This document shows, piece after piece, positions 31,701 through 43,008 of a stretch of DNA of 64,000 nt (positions within the stretch are counted from its first letter, which is position 1; each line of letters starts with the position of its first letter). Source of the DNA: Candidatus Marinacidobacterales bacterium (GTDB taxonomy: Bacteria > Acidobacteriota > Vicinamibacteria > Marinacidobacterales > DATDRI01); assembly GCA_965219415.1 (NCBI GenBank), contig CBDCNP010000002.1, positions 2,944,001 through 3,008,000 on the forward strand, written 5' to 3'. The translations under genes and the position numbers were made by a program. Below the pieces are notes generated by a model. The model ran no database searches. It saw only the letters and a list, made by a program, of their open reading frames with translations, and had not been told where the DNA came from.

Positions 31701-32214
31701 CCGTGAGGTCAAAATACTCATGCGGCTTCCCGATGGTAGAAACGTAGCAACCCGCCAAGCCGTTCACGGGAGCGCACCTTGCGCTCGGACTGAGGTAACG
31801 GGTCGCTGGCTGGGAACAGCAGCAGATTCTCCTTGCCTTGATGATTCCTCTCGTGGTGATAGTAGACGACGTACTCCCTAAGCGCATGACGGAGCGACTT
31901 CTCGCCGAACAGGATGAGCTTCGAGAGACATTCCTCTTTGACTGACTTCACCCAGCGCTCCGCGAACGAGTTCAAATCCAGGCTCCGTGCGGGCAGCTTG
32001 ACGGGCGCGACGCCAACCGCCTCGATGGTCCGGTGGAACGACTCGCAGAACTTCGAGTCCCGGTCGTGAATGAGGTATCGGCTCGAGGACAGAAAGCCGA
32101 CATCTGCCATGGTCACGTTGCGAGCCACTTGAGTCATCCACTGTTCGTTCGGATGCGGCGTGATGCCGGCGACGTGGACTCGACGGGTAGCCAGGTGCAT
32201 GAAGAACAGAACGT
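31701..32214 (-). mobile_element. Integrase-core element B 3' fragment
   Basis: LIHDRDSKF..NSFAERWVKSVKEECL..GGLLRFYHREAA*; end CCGTGAGGTCAAAATACTC. Confidence 0.8.
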
Positions 32215-32361
32215 CGTCCTGTGCCAAAACTCGGCCCTTTTGAAATAGACCACAAATCAGCAGCTTAGACGCCCTTGGAATCCGCGCAGAATCCAGGGTA
32301 TTTCGCGCCGCAGGGCTGACTTCCGACCCATGGGCTGACGGATGAATAAATAGAAGGCACA
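32215..32361 (+). repeat. ~145 bp MITE-like unit (also 33294-33440 and 62158-62304)
   Basis: TGTGCCAAAACTC...GAATAAATAGAAGGCACA; three near-identical copies. Confidence 0.8.
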
Positions 32362-32428
32362 GCGCGGGGATGGGGGGGACCGCCTAATGGGATAACTACA
32401 TTATGTCTATAACATAAAAAATAATGTG

Positions 32429-32456
32429 TTTACAGTAGTTTAACTGGCACTATAAT
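32429..32456 (+). promoter_or_regulatory. Sigma70-like promoter in an AT-rich patch
   Basis: TTTACA-N16-TATAAT, with the palindrome TTATGT-CTATA-ACATAA just upstream. Confidence 0.45.
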
Positions 32457-32734
32457 TTAGCGTTGCGCGAGTTCCTGAACCGATGCTTCCGCTATCAAGT
32501 GTTGCTACGCCGTGTTTGAATGCTAGTGTCAGCTGGCCTGCCTGTGTCGGCGAACGCCACAGAATTAATCTCGCTGTCTTTTCAACGTGTTCGTGCTGAC
32601 AACAGAATGTATGAGGTTGTGGGTGCGCCGGGGCGTCGAACCCGGGAGGCCGGCAATTCTGCCGATCTTCTACACCTCCCCCGGCGCGCCCTCCGAAATG
32701 TTGCTTCTAAGAAAGGGTTGAAAGGGTTGAAACA

Positions 32735-33244
32735 ATGCTGAAACTAACCTTACTCGTTGCTGCGGTCCTCGCTGGCATAGGATGCGGAGATAGCGGTGGA
32801 TCGTCACCCGCCGCTCCAACTGTAGCCCCGAGCCCGAGCCCACAGTCACAACCCCGAGCAAATCTCACCCTAACCATCTACAATCTTTCCTACGTCGCCC
32901 CGGGGTCCTTTGGTCCTGCCGATGTTTATTTCGATGCCGGCTTGAGAGAGACGGCCGGAACCGGCCTCGCCGTCAAAAATATTCACATGGATATTCTCAG
33001 ACCAAACGGAACTCGCGTGGAGCGCCAAACCTTCAACGAGGAAACGATCATACGGATTGCCGGCGGAAACCGCATTGAACCGAACGGCTCATATCGAGAC
33101 GTACTCGTTACAGGTGTGAGAACAAGTATCGCAAGAGGATCCACCGGATGGTTTTTTCGATTTACAGTACAATGGTTAGACGATACGGGAGCTCGGGGAG
33201 ACGACACCGCCGTAGTCCGCCTCAATAGTTGGAGCCCTCTATAA
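32735..33244 (+). CDS. Hypothetical lipoprotein
   Basis: Signal peptide with LAGIGC, an S/P-rich linker, and a beta-rich domain. Confidence 0.7.
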   Translation: MLKLTLLVAAVLAGIGCGDSGGSSPAAPTVAPSPSPQSQPRANLTLTIYNLSYVAPGSFGPADVYFDAGLRETAGTGLAVKNIHMDILRPNGTRVERQTFNEETIIRIAGGNRIEPNGSYRDVLVTGVRTSIARGSTGWFFRFTVQWLDDTGARGDDTAVVRLNSWSPL

Positions 33245-33503
33245 GATGCTTGAGATCGTAGCGGGCGCTATCTATGAGATCTTGGTCGGCGGGCGTCCTG
33301 TGCCAAAACTCGGCCCTTTAGAAATAGACCACAAATCAGCAGCTTAGACGCCCTTGGAATCCGCGCAGAATCCAGGGTATTTCGCGCCGCAGGGCTGACT
33401 TCCGACCCATGGGCTGGCGAATGAATAAATAGAAGGCACACCTCTACACCCACATCGAGCCGCTTTTGGCCGGTGATGTTCCATTCTTGTGAATAGCCAC
33501 GAA

Positions 33504-33938
33504 CTAGGTCAGCATCTCCTCGTCGCTGTAATCCCAGGTGCGAAGTGTTCCCGGCTCGAGACGGATCATCGCAAAGTCGATTTCCTTCATACCATCGGCA
33601 TAATCGTTTCCTCGAGCCTCACCGAGATAGCGGATGGCAAGGCGTCGTAGGATGTCGAGGTCGTCAGTCGGGTACGAAACCTTAGCCTCTCCTCGTATTT
33701 CAATGCCCCGATACGGCGGCTGGCTGTCGGCTACTACGACGGATGCCATGGGGTTATGGTCGAGGTGCCTGGTCTTCACATCCTTTGCGAAGGTCATCAC
33801 CGTGAACCCGCCGTCCCTGAACTCGTGCCAGACCGGCGACAACAACGAGTGGCCGTTTTGCATGTGGGTCGCGAGAATCGCCACGGTCGAGCCGGTAAGC
33901 AGGTCGCCTAGCTCTTCGGGTTTGAGGTTCTTGCGCAT
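33504..33938 (-). CDS. Pyridoxamine 5'-phosphate oxidase-like (PPOX, possibly F420-dependent) protein, copy 1
   Basis: AILAT..SPVWH..K.RHL..NP.ASVVV..YRGIEIRG; GGAGG RBS. Confidence 0.8.
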   Translation of the reverse strand: MRKNLKPEELGDLLTGSTVAILATHMQNGHSLLSPVWHEFRDGGFTVMTFAKDVKTRHLDHNPMASVVVADSQPPYRGIEIRGEAKVSYPTDDLDILRRLAIRYLGEARGNDYADGMKEIDFAMIRLEPGTLRTWDYSDEEMLT

Positions 33939-34471
33939 GTCGCACCTCCTGGAAAAAGATAATCTACTCTGTCCTGTGCCAAAACTCGGCTCTTTTGAAA
34001 TAGACCATAAATCAGCAGCTTAGTGTTTGTGTTTGCGACCGGGCCAAGGCGGCCCAAGGGTCTTGAGTTCGTTTGTATTCTTGGACACGACGGCCACGTC
34101 AGGAACAATTCGGGCTTCATCCGAGAGCCGTGGCCGTTTCACGGAACGGCGGAGGACGACGAGCTGCTGCCGAAGAGCGACATTCTCAGGAGCCAGCTCG
34201 CGACGAGCCTTGAAGCCGGAGATGAGAGCGGGAACCAACGACGAAATCATGCCGGCATGGTGCTGGCAGACCGGAGATTATTCAAGTTTGGTGCGTGCGG
34301 ATAAATAAATAGAAGGCACAGGCGCTTACGCTCCATTTAGCGCGCAGCGAAAGTCGTGAGCGCTATTTGGGCTGTAATTTAATGCACCGTAAAGTCTAGC
34401 GTCATCTCACCAACACTTAATGGCGAAAGCACCGTTCGACGAGTTTCGTCCGTTCTTCGAGAACTATCGGG

Positions 34472-34768
34472 CTATTTCTTGCTCGTCACGCTCGTGATCT
34501 TATTCTTCATCGTCTGGCTTCGGTCGGTACGCGTTCCAAGCTTGATATTCGTATGGATGCGCGGTGCGCCCATTTCGTGGACGACTTCGTGACATCGCTT
34601 CACCACGCAAAATACTTCGTCCCAATCCCCTTCGATGTTGGTGCCGTTTGCGTGCAGCTCGGGCGATAGCCCCGCGGCTTCTATGACGCGCTCGCAAGCG
34701 GCAACGTACTTCGACAGGGAGACCCCGACACCGAGCGGAACGATGCAGAGATCGGCAATGACGTTCAT
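34472..34768 (-). CDS. MTH1187/YkoF-like thiamine-binding protein
   Basis: MNVIADLCIVPLGVGVSLSKYVA..HANGTNIEGDWDEV..CHE.VH.MGAPRI. Confidence 0.85.
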   Translation of the reverse strand: MNVIADLCIVPLGVGVSLSKYVAACERVIEAAGLSPELHANGTNIEGDWDEVFCVVKRCHEVVHEMGAPRIHTNIKLGTRTDRSQTMKNKITSVTSKK

Positions 34769-35099
34769 CGCAGCAGTATACTCCAAGGATCCTGGGCATT
34801 TGCCTTTGCTGGCGTTGACGCCTGGCGAGCCCGTCCTGTGCCAAAACTCGGCCCTTTTGAAATGGACCACAAATCAGCAGCTTAGACGCCCTTGGAATCC
34901 GCGCAGAATCCAGGGTATTTCGCGCCGCAGGGCTGGCTTCCGACCCCTGGGCTGCGGGTGGCGGGCGACAGGCCCACTGGGGTACGCACGGCTGGCTGGC
35001 TCAAATCGGCTGCAGGACGAGCTGCAGGCCGCGAACTGCGCACCCGCGGAAGCGCCCATTGGACTGGACTTTACGGCGCAAAAGAGCGAACGTCCGGTG

Positions 35100-35531
35100 A
35101 TGCCGCAGGATACAAGAGCTGGCCGGAGGGTCGTTCTGGACGGTTTGGACCTTCCTAGCCTGCGGCGGGCCTGGGAGCAGACCTTCGGGGCTGCTCCGCC
35201 AAGCTCGCTCTCACGCGCTCTCCTGCGCCGCGTTCTCGCGTACGAACGCCAGTGCCGGACCTATGGCGGGCATTCGGCCGCAACCCGGCGCACCCTGGCC
35301 GCCATGGCGAACGGCACACCAAGCCCCGCCCCTTCCGCAGGGTCCGTTTCTCCCGGCACCCATCTCGTCCGCGAGTGGAATGGCCGCACCTACCAGGTCG
35401 AGGTACTCGATAACGGCTATCGGTTCGACGGCAAATCCTACCCGTCCCTCACCACCATCACAAAGCGAATCACCGGCACACACTGGTCAGGACCACGCTT
35501 TTTCGGTCTGACGCCCAAGCGCAAGGCCTGA
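35100..35531 (+). CDS. DUF2924 domain protein
   Basis: PGTHLVREWNGRTYQVEV..Y.SLT.I..RITGTHWSGPRFFGL. Confidence 0.85.
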   Translation: MPQDTRAGRRVVLDGLDLPSLRRAWEQTFGAAPPSSLSRALLRRVLAYERQCRTYGGHSAATRRTLAAMANGTPSPAPSAGSVSPGTHLVREWNGRTYQVEVLDNGYRFDGKSYPSLTTITKRITGTHWSGPRFFGLTPKRKA

Positions 35532-35532
35532 C

Positions 35533-37187
35533 ATGACGAAAATCCGCTGCGCCATCTATACCCGAAAGAGCGCGGAAGAGGGTCTCGAACAGGATTTCAA
35601 CTCCCTCGATGCGCAGCGAGAGGCCTGCGCCGCGTATGTCGCGAGCCAGAAAGCGGAGGGCTGGGTGCTGCTGCCAACCGTCTACGAGGACGCGGGGATC
35701 TCGGGAGGAACCCTGGAGCGCCCGGGCCTACAGCACTTGCTCGCCGACATCGATGCCGGTCTCGTCGAGCAGATTGTGGTCTACAAGGTCGACCGGCTGA
35801 CCCGTTCCCTCTCCGACTTTGCAAAGCTCGTCGAGCGGCTCGAGGCGGCCGGCGCGGTTTTCGTCTCGGTGACTTAGTCCTTCAACACCGCGACCAGCAT
35901 GGGACGACTGACGCTGCATATGCTGCTGTCCTTCGCACAATTCGAGCGAGAAGTCACGGCCGAGCGGATCCGCGATAAGGTCGCTGCCTCCAAGCGCAAG
36001 GGACTATGGATGGGCGGCCGCGTACCGCTCGGCTATGAGAAGGACGAGCGCACGCTGCGCATCAACGAGGCTGAGGCCGAAACGGTCCGGACGCTCTATG
36101 CGCTGTACCGAAAGCACGGAACGCTCCGGCAGGTGAAGGCCGACGCGGACCGTCTGGGACTGCGCACCAAGCGACGCTTCGCCGCGGATGGAACCCTAAC
36201 GGGCGGGCTGCCGTTCCGTCGCGGACACCTCCACTGCCTGCTGACCAATCCTCTCTACGCCGGCCGCATCCGGCACCAGAGGCGTGTCTACGAGGGCCAG
36301 CATCCATCGATCATCGCTCCGGAGCTCTGGGACGCGGTCCAAACGCAGCTGCAGGCAGGGGCTGCCAAACCAAGGAGACGCACGACGAAGGGCCATGCAA
36401 CCCGTTCCCCACTGGCAGGCAAGCTCTTCGATGAGACCGGGGACCGGCTGACGCCGAGCCACACCAAAAAGAAAAACGGGCAACGGCTCCGCTACTACGT
36501 CTCCCGGCACCTCATCCAGCACAGTGGCCAAAAGGACCTCTCCGGCTGGCGACTGCCCGCCCCGATGCTGGAACAGACCGTCGTGCATCTCATCCGACAG
36601 CATGTGGATGCCACGACCTTCTCGGCCTCGTCACTCCGACGATGCAAGAGCTCGCCTCGGTGCGTCGCTTTTTAGACGGGCTGTGTTCCGGTAGCAATAA
36701 TGATAGTGCCTCGGCAGCCAGCCTGCTCCGTTTCATCCGGCGGGTCGATATCAGCCCAGGCTCTGTGTCCATCCTGCTCGACCGCAATACGTTCGCTGAT
36801 TGCCTGTCTATGGGACCCGACCGCATTCGCGAGGATGCACTCCGCATCCACGCACCGTTCCGCTTGCGTCGACGCGGCGTCGAGACCAAGCTCGTTCTGG
36901 GCAACCCCACGAAATCCATCGACCGCACACTCCTGCGCAATATCGCCAACGCCCTCTCCTGGCTCGACCGAATCAAAGCAGGCAAAACCTATGAGCAGAT
37001 TGCCACCGAAGACGCCATCCCAACGGACCGCGTGCGCAAGGCAATCCGTTATGCATTCCTGGCTCCCGACATCGTCCGTGCCATTGTCGAAGGCCGTCAG
37101 CCCGTTGGGCTGACCTCGAGCCACCTCTTGCATCATCCACTCCCCGACGATTGGGAGAAACAGCGCGCCCTCATTGCAACGCTTTAA
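35533..37187 (+). pseudogene. Large serine recombinase with an internal stop (35875-35877) and a frameshift/deletion near 36630
   Basis: CAIYTRKS..SLDAQR..VYKVDRLTRS..FVSVT*SFNT..GRLTL..EREVTAERIRDK; the C-terminal part is in another frame. Confidence 0.85.
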
Positions 37188-38475
37188 GGTAGACCACGCT
37201 GTAAGCGAACCCGCGGCGGCTGCCACGCTCGCTCTTGGTCTCCATCAGTCGGCGAACGGCATCGCCCCTTACTGATGATGACATCGGCGGCGTGCGGGTT
37301 TTGAGTTCGTTTATGTTTTTGGACACGACGGCGTTTTCCCATTAACTGAGCGATTAGCGCTCGATTCAGCCCCGAAATGCCCTCCAATTGCATTTTGATG
37401 ACCTGTTTTGCACCGTTACTGCTTGTTTGCTGCCAAGACCCGAATAGCTCCACTTGCCCCCACTTGAGCCTTACGACTGCGATAGTCGGAAAGGTGTTCC
37501 CGTCGGCGACGCGTCCATTGATGAGGCGTAAGAGCTTTTCACTACAATGATTTACGAGCAGAGCCTCCGTCGGAGGGTTTACAACACGGCCCTCTTACAG
37601 GCGTCAAGGAGGTTGAGATTGCCGTCTAGAAAATCGGATTTAATGTCAATTCGCAAATAAGCTCGAACGACCCCCCGTCGATGAGGCGTGCGGGGACCAG
37701 CACGTGACGGATGGCTTTAAATCACTGTAGTACAAGAGGATAGAACGACGTGGGCACCAGGGCTTCTCTGAGTTTTCGCTACATTGCCCCACCACGCGCG
37801 CGGCGAAAGGGCCACATCAGACTTGAAAAACTCTATAAATACCTTTTACCGAGACCGGATAGCTCCGAACTGCACCATCCGCCACCCAGTCTGGCCAATT
37901 GTGGCACTGCAGAGACGGGTGAGATTTTCCGCGCGGTTGGCGGGGTTTTGCAGGATCAGGTGGCACCAGAGACGCGCTAGAAGGGCCGAACGGGCCTCAT
38001 TTTCGGTATTGGTCTCTAATCTCGATTTCCGAGGGACAAGTTTGCGCCAAATACGGGAGCGGGTGCTGACCGGGCCGTGTGGCGGCGGAAAAGAGGTCAC
38101 CGGAGGGGCCAAGAATCGAGGTCGGGGAGCTACTGCGGGTGTAGAATGCGGTCGCGACGAGCACAAGGCTCCGGTCTTGAATCGTAACTTTCGAGAGGGG
38201 CGTTTGCGCCCAAGAGGGGAGCCGCTTTAGGGTTCTGGACCGCGGTGATGCGGAGCTTGCAGTGGGGGAAGATGTCGACCGCTTTTGCCTTGGTCGGCTT
38301 CCATATCCAAGAGCTGTGTCCAATGGGCGATGGAACGGTTGTTTTCGCGCATGGTGCGGCAAGGCCTGAAAAGGCTGCCCCGACGAAATGCTACACTGTG
38401 GGCACGCCTGGATGCGCGGGGGTTTGATGTAGAGAGAGGTCCTTAGGAACTGGACGAGCGAAAGCGATTTCGGTA

Positions 38476-39432
38476 GTGGTCACAAGAAACGACAAGCCAC
38501 AGACAAGTGAGAAGACCAAGGGCAAGCCTGTCGTGTTTTACAAGACAGCGCTCGGGCGGTCCATCCTCGGCCAGGCCGAAGATGTTTTCCAATCTCCTTT
38601 GTATGCAAGAGATCTTAACGGGCAGGTCGATCTCATCTTCACGTCGCCGCCGTTTCCACTGAATAGAAAGAAACGTTACGGAAACGAGCAGGGTGAGGCC
38701 TATGTGAATTGGCTGGCGAATTTCGCGCTGCTGCTAAAAAAAATACTGAAGCCTAAAGGATCCATTGTCTTGGAGCTTGGCAACGCGTGGGAAGCGGGCA
38801 GGCCTGTGATGTCAACTCTGACTCTGAAGACGTTGCTTGCTTTCCTAGAACGTGGCGAATTCACCCTATGCCAGCAGTTCGTTTGGTATAACCCGGCTAA
38901 GCTGCCCACCCCTGCCCAGTGGGTCAACGTCGAGCGCATCCGTGTGAAAGATGCTTATACGCATCTATGGTGGATGGCGCTGACAGACCGCCCTTATGCG
39001 GACAACCGCAAAGTGCTCACAAAATACAGCGAGTCTATGGAAAAGCTTCTGGAGCGGAAAAGCTATAATACCGGCAGCCGCCCGTCACAGCACCATATCG
39101 GGAAAAAGTCCTTCCTGAAGAACAATGCTGGCGCTATTCCGTCAAACCTGATTACCCTTGCCAATACCCAGGCGAGTTCGGCCTACCTAGACTACTGTCG
39201 CACCCAAAAGCTCCGGCCGCATCCCGCCCGGATGCCGACCGGGCTTGCGGAGTTTTTCATCAAGTTCCTGACCAAGCCCAAAGAGTTGGTACTCGATCCT
39301 TTTGCAGGAAGCAATACAACCGGTGCTGCGGCTGAAAAACTCGGCCGCCGGTGGCTGGCGATTGAACCTAATCAGTCATATTTAGAGGGATCGCGCGGAC
39401 GTTTCGGGGCCTTTAGTGGCTACGCATCTTAA
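38476..39432 (+). CDS. Site-specific DNA methyltransferase (beta-class N4C, M.PvuII-like)
   Basis: FTSPPF..KKRYGN..WYNPAKLP..HPARMP..VLDPFAGSNTTG. Confidence 0.9.
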   Translation: MVTRNDKPQTSEKTKGKPVVFYKTALGRSILGQAEDVFQSPLYARDLNGQVDLIFTSPPFPLNRKKRYGNEQGEAYVNWLANFALLLKKILKPKGSIVLELGNAWEAGRPVMSTLTLKTLLAFLERGEFTLCQQFVWYNPAKLPTPAQWVNVERIRVKDAYTHLWWMALTDRPYADNRKVLTKYSESMEKLLERKSYNTGSRPSQHHIGKKSFLKNNAGAIPSNLITLANTQASSAYLDYCRTQKLRPHPARMPTGLAEFFIKFLTKPKELVLDPFAGSNTTGAAAEKLGRRWLAIEPNQSYLEGSRGRFGAFSGYAS

Positions 39433-39631
39433 AAGGTGAGCAGTTCCCTATCATCGTGGCTGGCGGAGGTTTTCTTGCAGTTTTTCGGCTCCTCTTCCCG
39501 GCCAAGAGGAGGCCGATGCGACCGAGACAACGACCCAAAGATCGATCAGGACGATCTGGAGGGGCCACCTCAAACAGACGATCGTGTTCAGGGGGAACTC
39601 CCGCATCACGAGTTCAACGAGGACCTAACTC

Positions 39632-40825
39632 GTGGAGCTAGATCCTTCGATAGTCCCTAGACGATGGCAGGCCGAGGCCGTCGACGTTTGGGCAAAAGAA
39701 CTACGTGGTATCGCTCGCGTGGTTACCGGTGGGGGCAAGACTGTTTTCTCCTACCTGTGCTTGGAGACGTTTTTTGCAGAGCATTCGGATGGTCGAGCGA
39801 TCATTGTGGTGCCTACACTTGCACTACTCGATCAGTGGTTCGTCGACATATGTGACGCGACCGACTTGGAAGAGTCGGAGGTCGCGTGCTACTCGGGCGG
39901 TTCACGACCTGAGCAACCCGGTCGGATAAACATCCTGGTTCTGAATACAGCGCGAAGAGTCTGCCGGGAGCTTTCTGAGTTGAGCCCAACGATCCTCATT
40001 GTAGACGAGTGCCATCGGACTGGCGCCATTGAGAACAGCCGGGCACTAGAGGGCTTTCACGAAGCTACCCTCGGCCTGTCTGCTACCCCCGAGCGAGAGG
40101 CCGACGACGGCTTCGAATCCCGAATAGTTCCGGCACTTGGTCCGATTATCCATACCTACGACTATCTGCAGGCTAGGGCTGACGGTGTAATCGTAGACTT
40201 TAATCTCGTCAATATCCAAATTGCGCTTGATGGACATGACGTAAACCGGCTGCCGATCCTCTCCGAGAAGAGGGACAGCCTCGCGCGGCGAAATAGGAAC
40301 CCATCAGAGTCGGAACGGTTGCATGAGGTTGCATCAAAGAAGATTGCTACTTCTGCAGAGTACGCAATGAGAATCCCTTGGGCTGTCAAGCTAGCTTTGC
40401 ATCACCGCAGCGAGCGCGTCATCATTTTTCATGAGCGAGTCGCGTCCCTTGGAAGAATTACCGACCTTCTCTCCGAGTTTGCTCAGAACTCCGTGGCTTA
40501 CCACTCGCACCTTTCGGAATCACATCGACGCGACAACCTTCGTCTGTTTCGGCGCGGCATGGTCAATATGCTAGTGACGTGTCGTGCTCTCGACGAAGGT
40601 ACGAATGTGCCTGAAGCCAACGTTGCGATCGTTGCGCACTCAACGTCAAGCACGCGGCAACGCATTCAGCGTCTCGGGCGAGTACTCCGACCAGCACCGG
40701 GGAAGAGGCACGCAGTAGTCTACACTCTATACACTGGAGAGGATCAACAGAGGCAACTTGCAGAGGAGGCTGCCGACTTGGAAGGTGTTGCCGAGATCGT
40801 CTGGAAGCGGGGGGCCATTCAGTGA
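39632..40825 (+). CDS. SF2 DEAD/DEAH-box helicase
   Basis: TGGGKT, DECH, GLSATP, LDEGTNVP, QRLGRVLR motifs. Confidence 0.9.
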   Translation: MELDPSIVPRRWQAEAVDVWAKELRGIARVVTGGGKTVFSYLCLETFFAEHSDGRAIIVVPTLALLDQWFVDICDATDLEESEVACYSGGSRPEQPGRINILVLNTARRVCRELSELSPTILIVDECHRTGAIENSRALEGFHEATLGLSATPEREADDGFESRIVPALGPIIHTYDYLQARADGVIVDFNLVNIQIALDGHDVNRLPILSEKRDSLARRNRNPSESERLHEVASKKIATSAEYAMRIPWAVKLALHHRSERVIIFHERVASLGRITDLLSEFAQNSVAYHSHLSESHRRDNLRLFRRGMVNMLVTCRALDEGTNVPEANVAIVAHSTSSTRQRIQRLGRVLRPAPGKRHAVVYTLYTGEDQQRQLAEEAADLEGVAEIVWKRGAIQ

Positions 40826-41604
40826 CTCTGCTCATACGCCAGAACCGTACTTACGAGCAGGTCTACTATGACCAAGAGTCAGACTTTTCGGCCATCGTGA
40901 AGACCGAACTAGCCAAGATTCTTCCCGGCTTCTCGATTTTGGATTTTTCGCCGCTCATTATCGGCGATGAGGGAACTCGTCGGCGACCAGATTTGGCGCT
41001 CGTAGATCGAAACTACGAGATGTGGGCTGTCGCTGAGATCGAATTGGAGAAGCATTCACTTGAACATCACGTGATTCCGCAAGTCCAGACCTTTGCCACG
41101 GGGCGCTACGACAGGTCACACGCGACATTGCTTCATCAGAAAGACAGGACGCTGAATCTGGAAAGTTTGTGCAATCTTACCACATATCTCCCACCCGTCG
41201 TCTCGGTTGTCGTTAACTCGCGCTCGGTTCTGAGAGACGGCTGGGATATCCTTGATTCGGACTATTCGGCTTGTCTCACCTTTTTGGAGTCGTTTCGAGC
41301 AGAGAATGGAGATGTAATTTTCTCTATTTCTGGCTACCTGCCAACTGCACAGCCTAACCGAATCATAAAACTCAAGAAGCACAAGATGATGAATGCCCTC
41401 GTCTGCACTCAACCTAAGGACGTTCCGGCGGCGATTGTTGATGAAATACGGATGTACACGGGCGAGCGGCCTCACACATGGCCGATCATTAGGACGTCGG
41501 ACACTGTTGTATTTTTTGCGCCAGGTGGTTTTACAGTCCGTGCAGACCGAAATTACGAAGTTCTTAAAATAGGCGAGGGAAAATATCGGCTTTACGAGTT
41601 GTAA
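40822..41604 (+). CDS. Hypothetical protein with PD-(D/E)XK-like nuclease motif
   Basis: E..F..RPDLALVD..WAVAEIELEKH..PQV; 4-bp overlap with the helicase. Confidence 0.55.
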   Translation: MTLLIRQNRTYEQVYYDQESDFSAIVKTELAKILPGFSILDFSPLIIGDEGTRRRPDLALVDRNYEMWAVAEIELEKHSLEHHVIPQVQTFATGRYDRSHATLLHQKDRTLNLESLCNLTTYLPPVVSVVVNSRSVLRDGWDILDSDYSACLTFLESFRAENGDVIFSISGYLPTAQPNRIIKLKKHKMMNALVCTQPKDVPAAIVDEIRMYTGERPHTWPIIRTSDTVVFFAPGGFTVRADRNYEVLKIGEGKYRLYEL

Positions 41605-41627
41605 TTGCCAAATGCTCCTAGGGAGGG

Positions 41628-42994
41628 GGATGTGTCCCGAGGTTCGTGGAAAAAGAACGGCGCCCTCCACTCCGTCATCAGGGTATCAGATCAGGCGGCA
41701 ACCTCCGCGTGTTTGAGAACCTCGCTCAGACCTTGGTAGCCGTCGATGCGCCGTAGTTGAATCTGGCCAGAGGCGATAAGCCCAAACAGCAAAGCGACCG
41801 CAGACTCCTCGCTGGAGAACGACGCTTGGGTTTTCGTCCGGCGTCGAAACTCGCGGTTGAGATTCTCCAGAGCATTGGTCGTTCGAATCGATTTCCACAT
41901 GGCACGAGGGAATTCGTAGAAGGTCAGCAGCTGATTACCGGCCTCCTCTAGGCTTCGGACGACGGCCGGTGTGAGAGGCGTCCACTTGGCGACGAGTTCG
42001 TCATAGGCTTTGCGAGCATCGATCCCGTTCTTGGCGTAGACGATCCGGTTGTAGTCACGCCGGAGCTCACGGCGTGCGTGCGCCGGGCAATGTTCGAGCA
42101 AGTTGGCGCGCTTGTGCTCGGTACATCGCTGCACCCGGCACCCCGGCCACTTCTCGAGCGCTTTCGTCAGCCCCTTGTGGCCATCGCTAATCACTAGCTT
42201 GGGAGCCCGGAGTCCTTGAGCCTGGAGTCCCTCCAGCATGGAGCCCCAATGCGTCGAGGCTTCGCTAACCGCCAGACGCAATGACAACAGACGTTTCTGC
42301 CCGTCTGGCGTGACCCCGAGCGCGGCCAGTACGGGTACGCTGATCACACGTTTCGCCATCCGCACTTTCAGGTGGAAGCCGTCCAGGTAAACGATCGCGT
42401 AGACCTCCTCGCTGAGAGCACGGTTCTGCCATTCCTCGAAGCGCTCCTTCAGCCGGCTAACCACGCGAGACACCGCGCTCTTCGATAGGTGCTCCTCACC
42501 GAGCAGTGGTTTCAGCGCTTTGCGGACCCGGCGGCTATTCGCGCCCGACAAGTACGTCCCCAAGAGCGCCTCGTCGACCTCACGAGTCCGGCGCGCGTAC
42601 CGGGGCAACAGCTCGCTCCTGAACTCTGTCGTTTCTCCCGTTTCCTCGTCTCGCACGCGGGCTCGTGGCACCCGGAGCTCGCGTGTTCCCACCGACGTCG
42701 TCACGCGACGGGTTTCGGCTCCGTTGCGATACCCACGGCGGTCTTCCGCACGCTCGTAGCTACGACACCCCAGCGCTTGGTCGACTTCTTCCTCGAGCAC
42801 AACCTCGATCGCCTCCAGTACCCGCTTACGCAGCCGAAGTTGGACGAACTCCCGGTACTCGCTTACAGACTCCTTCGATATGGTGGTAGGCTTCTTCATG
42901 GCGTAATCCTCCTCCTCGCCTTTACAGGCGTGGTTTGGTTTTTCTTAACCGGAGGTTACGCCATTCTTATTTCCACGGGAATCGGGACAGATCC
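41628..42994 (-). mobile_element. IS256 family element; transposase 41691-42899
   Basis: YRNG, YLDG, SDGHKG, QRCTEH, TTNALENLN motifs; IRs GGAT(G/C)TGTCCCGA; 8-bp TSD AGGGAGGG at 41620-41627 and 42995-43002. Confidence 0.95.
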
Positions 42995-43008
42995 AGGGAG
43001 GGACAGTC

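Noticed and set aside
11906-34900. Dispersed repeat as integron attC sites
   Set aside because: No attC palindrome or RYYYAAC/GTTRRRY boxes, no tyrosine integrase, mixed orientations, and the repeat cuts inside genes.
35875-35877. Programmed stop-codon readthrough in the recombinase
   Set aside because: A single C>T from CAG plus a second lesion downstream indicates decay.
37460-38470. tRNA or structured RNA / att site after the recombinase
   Set aside because: No cloverleaf or recognisable RNA motif could be supported by eye.
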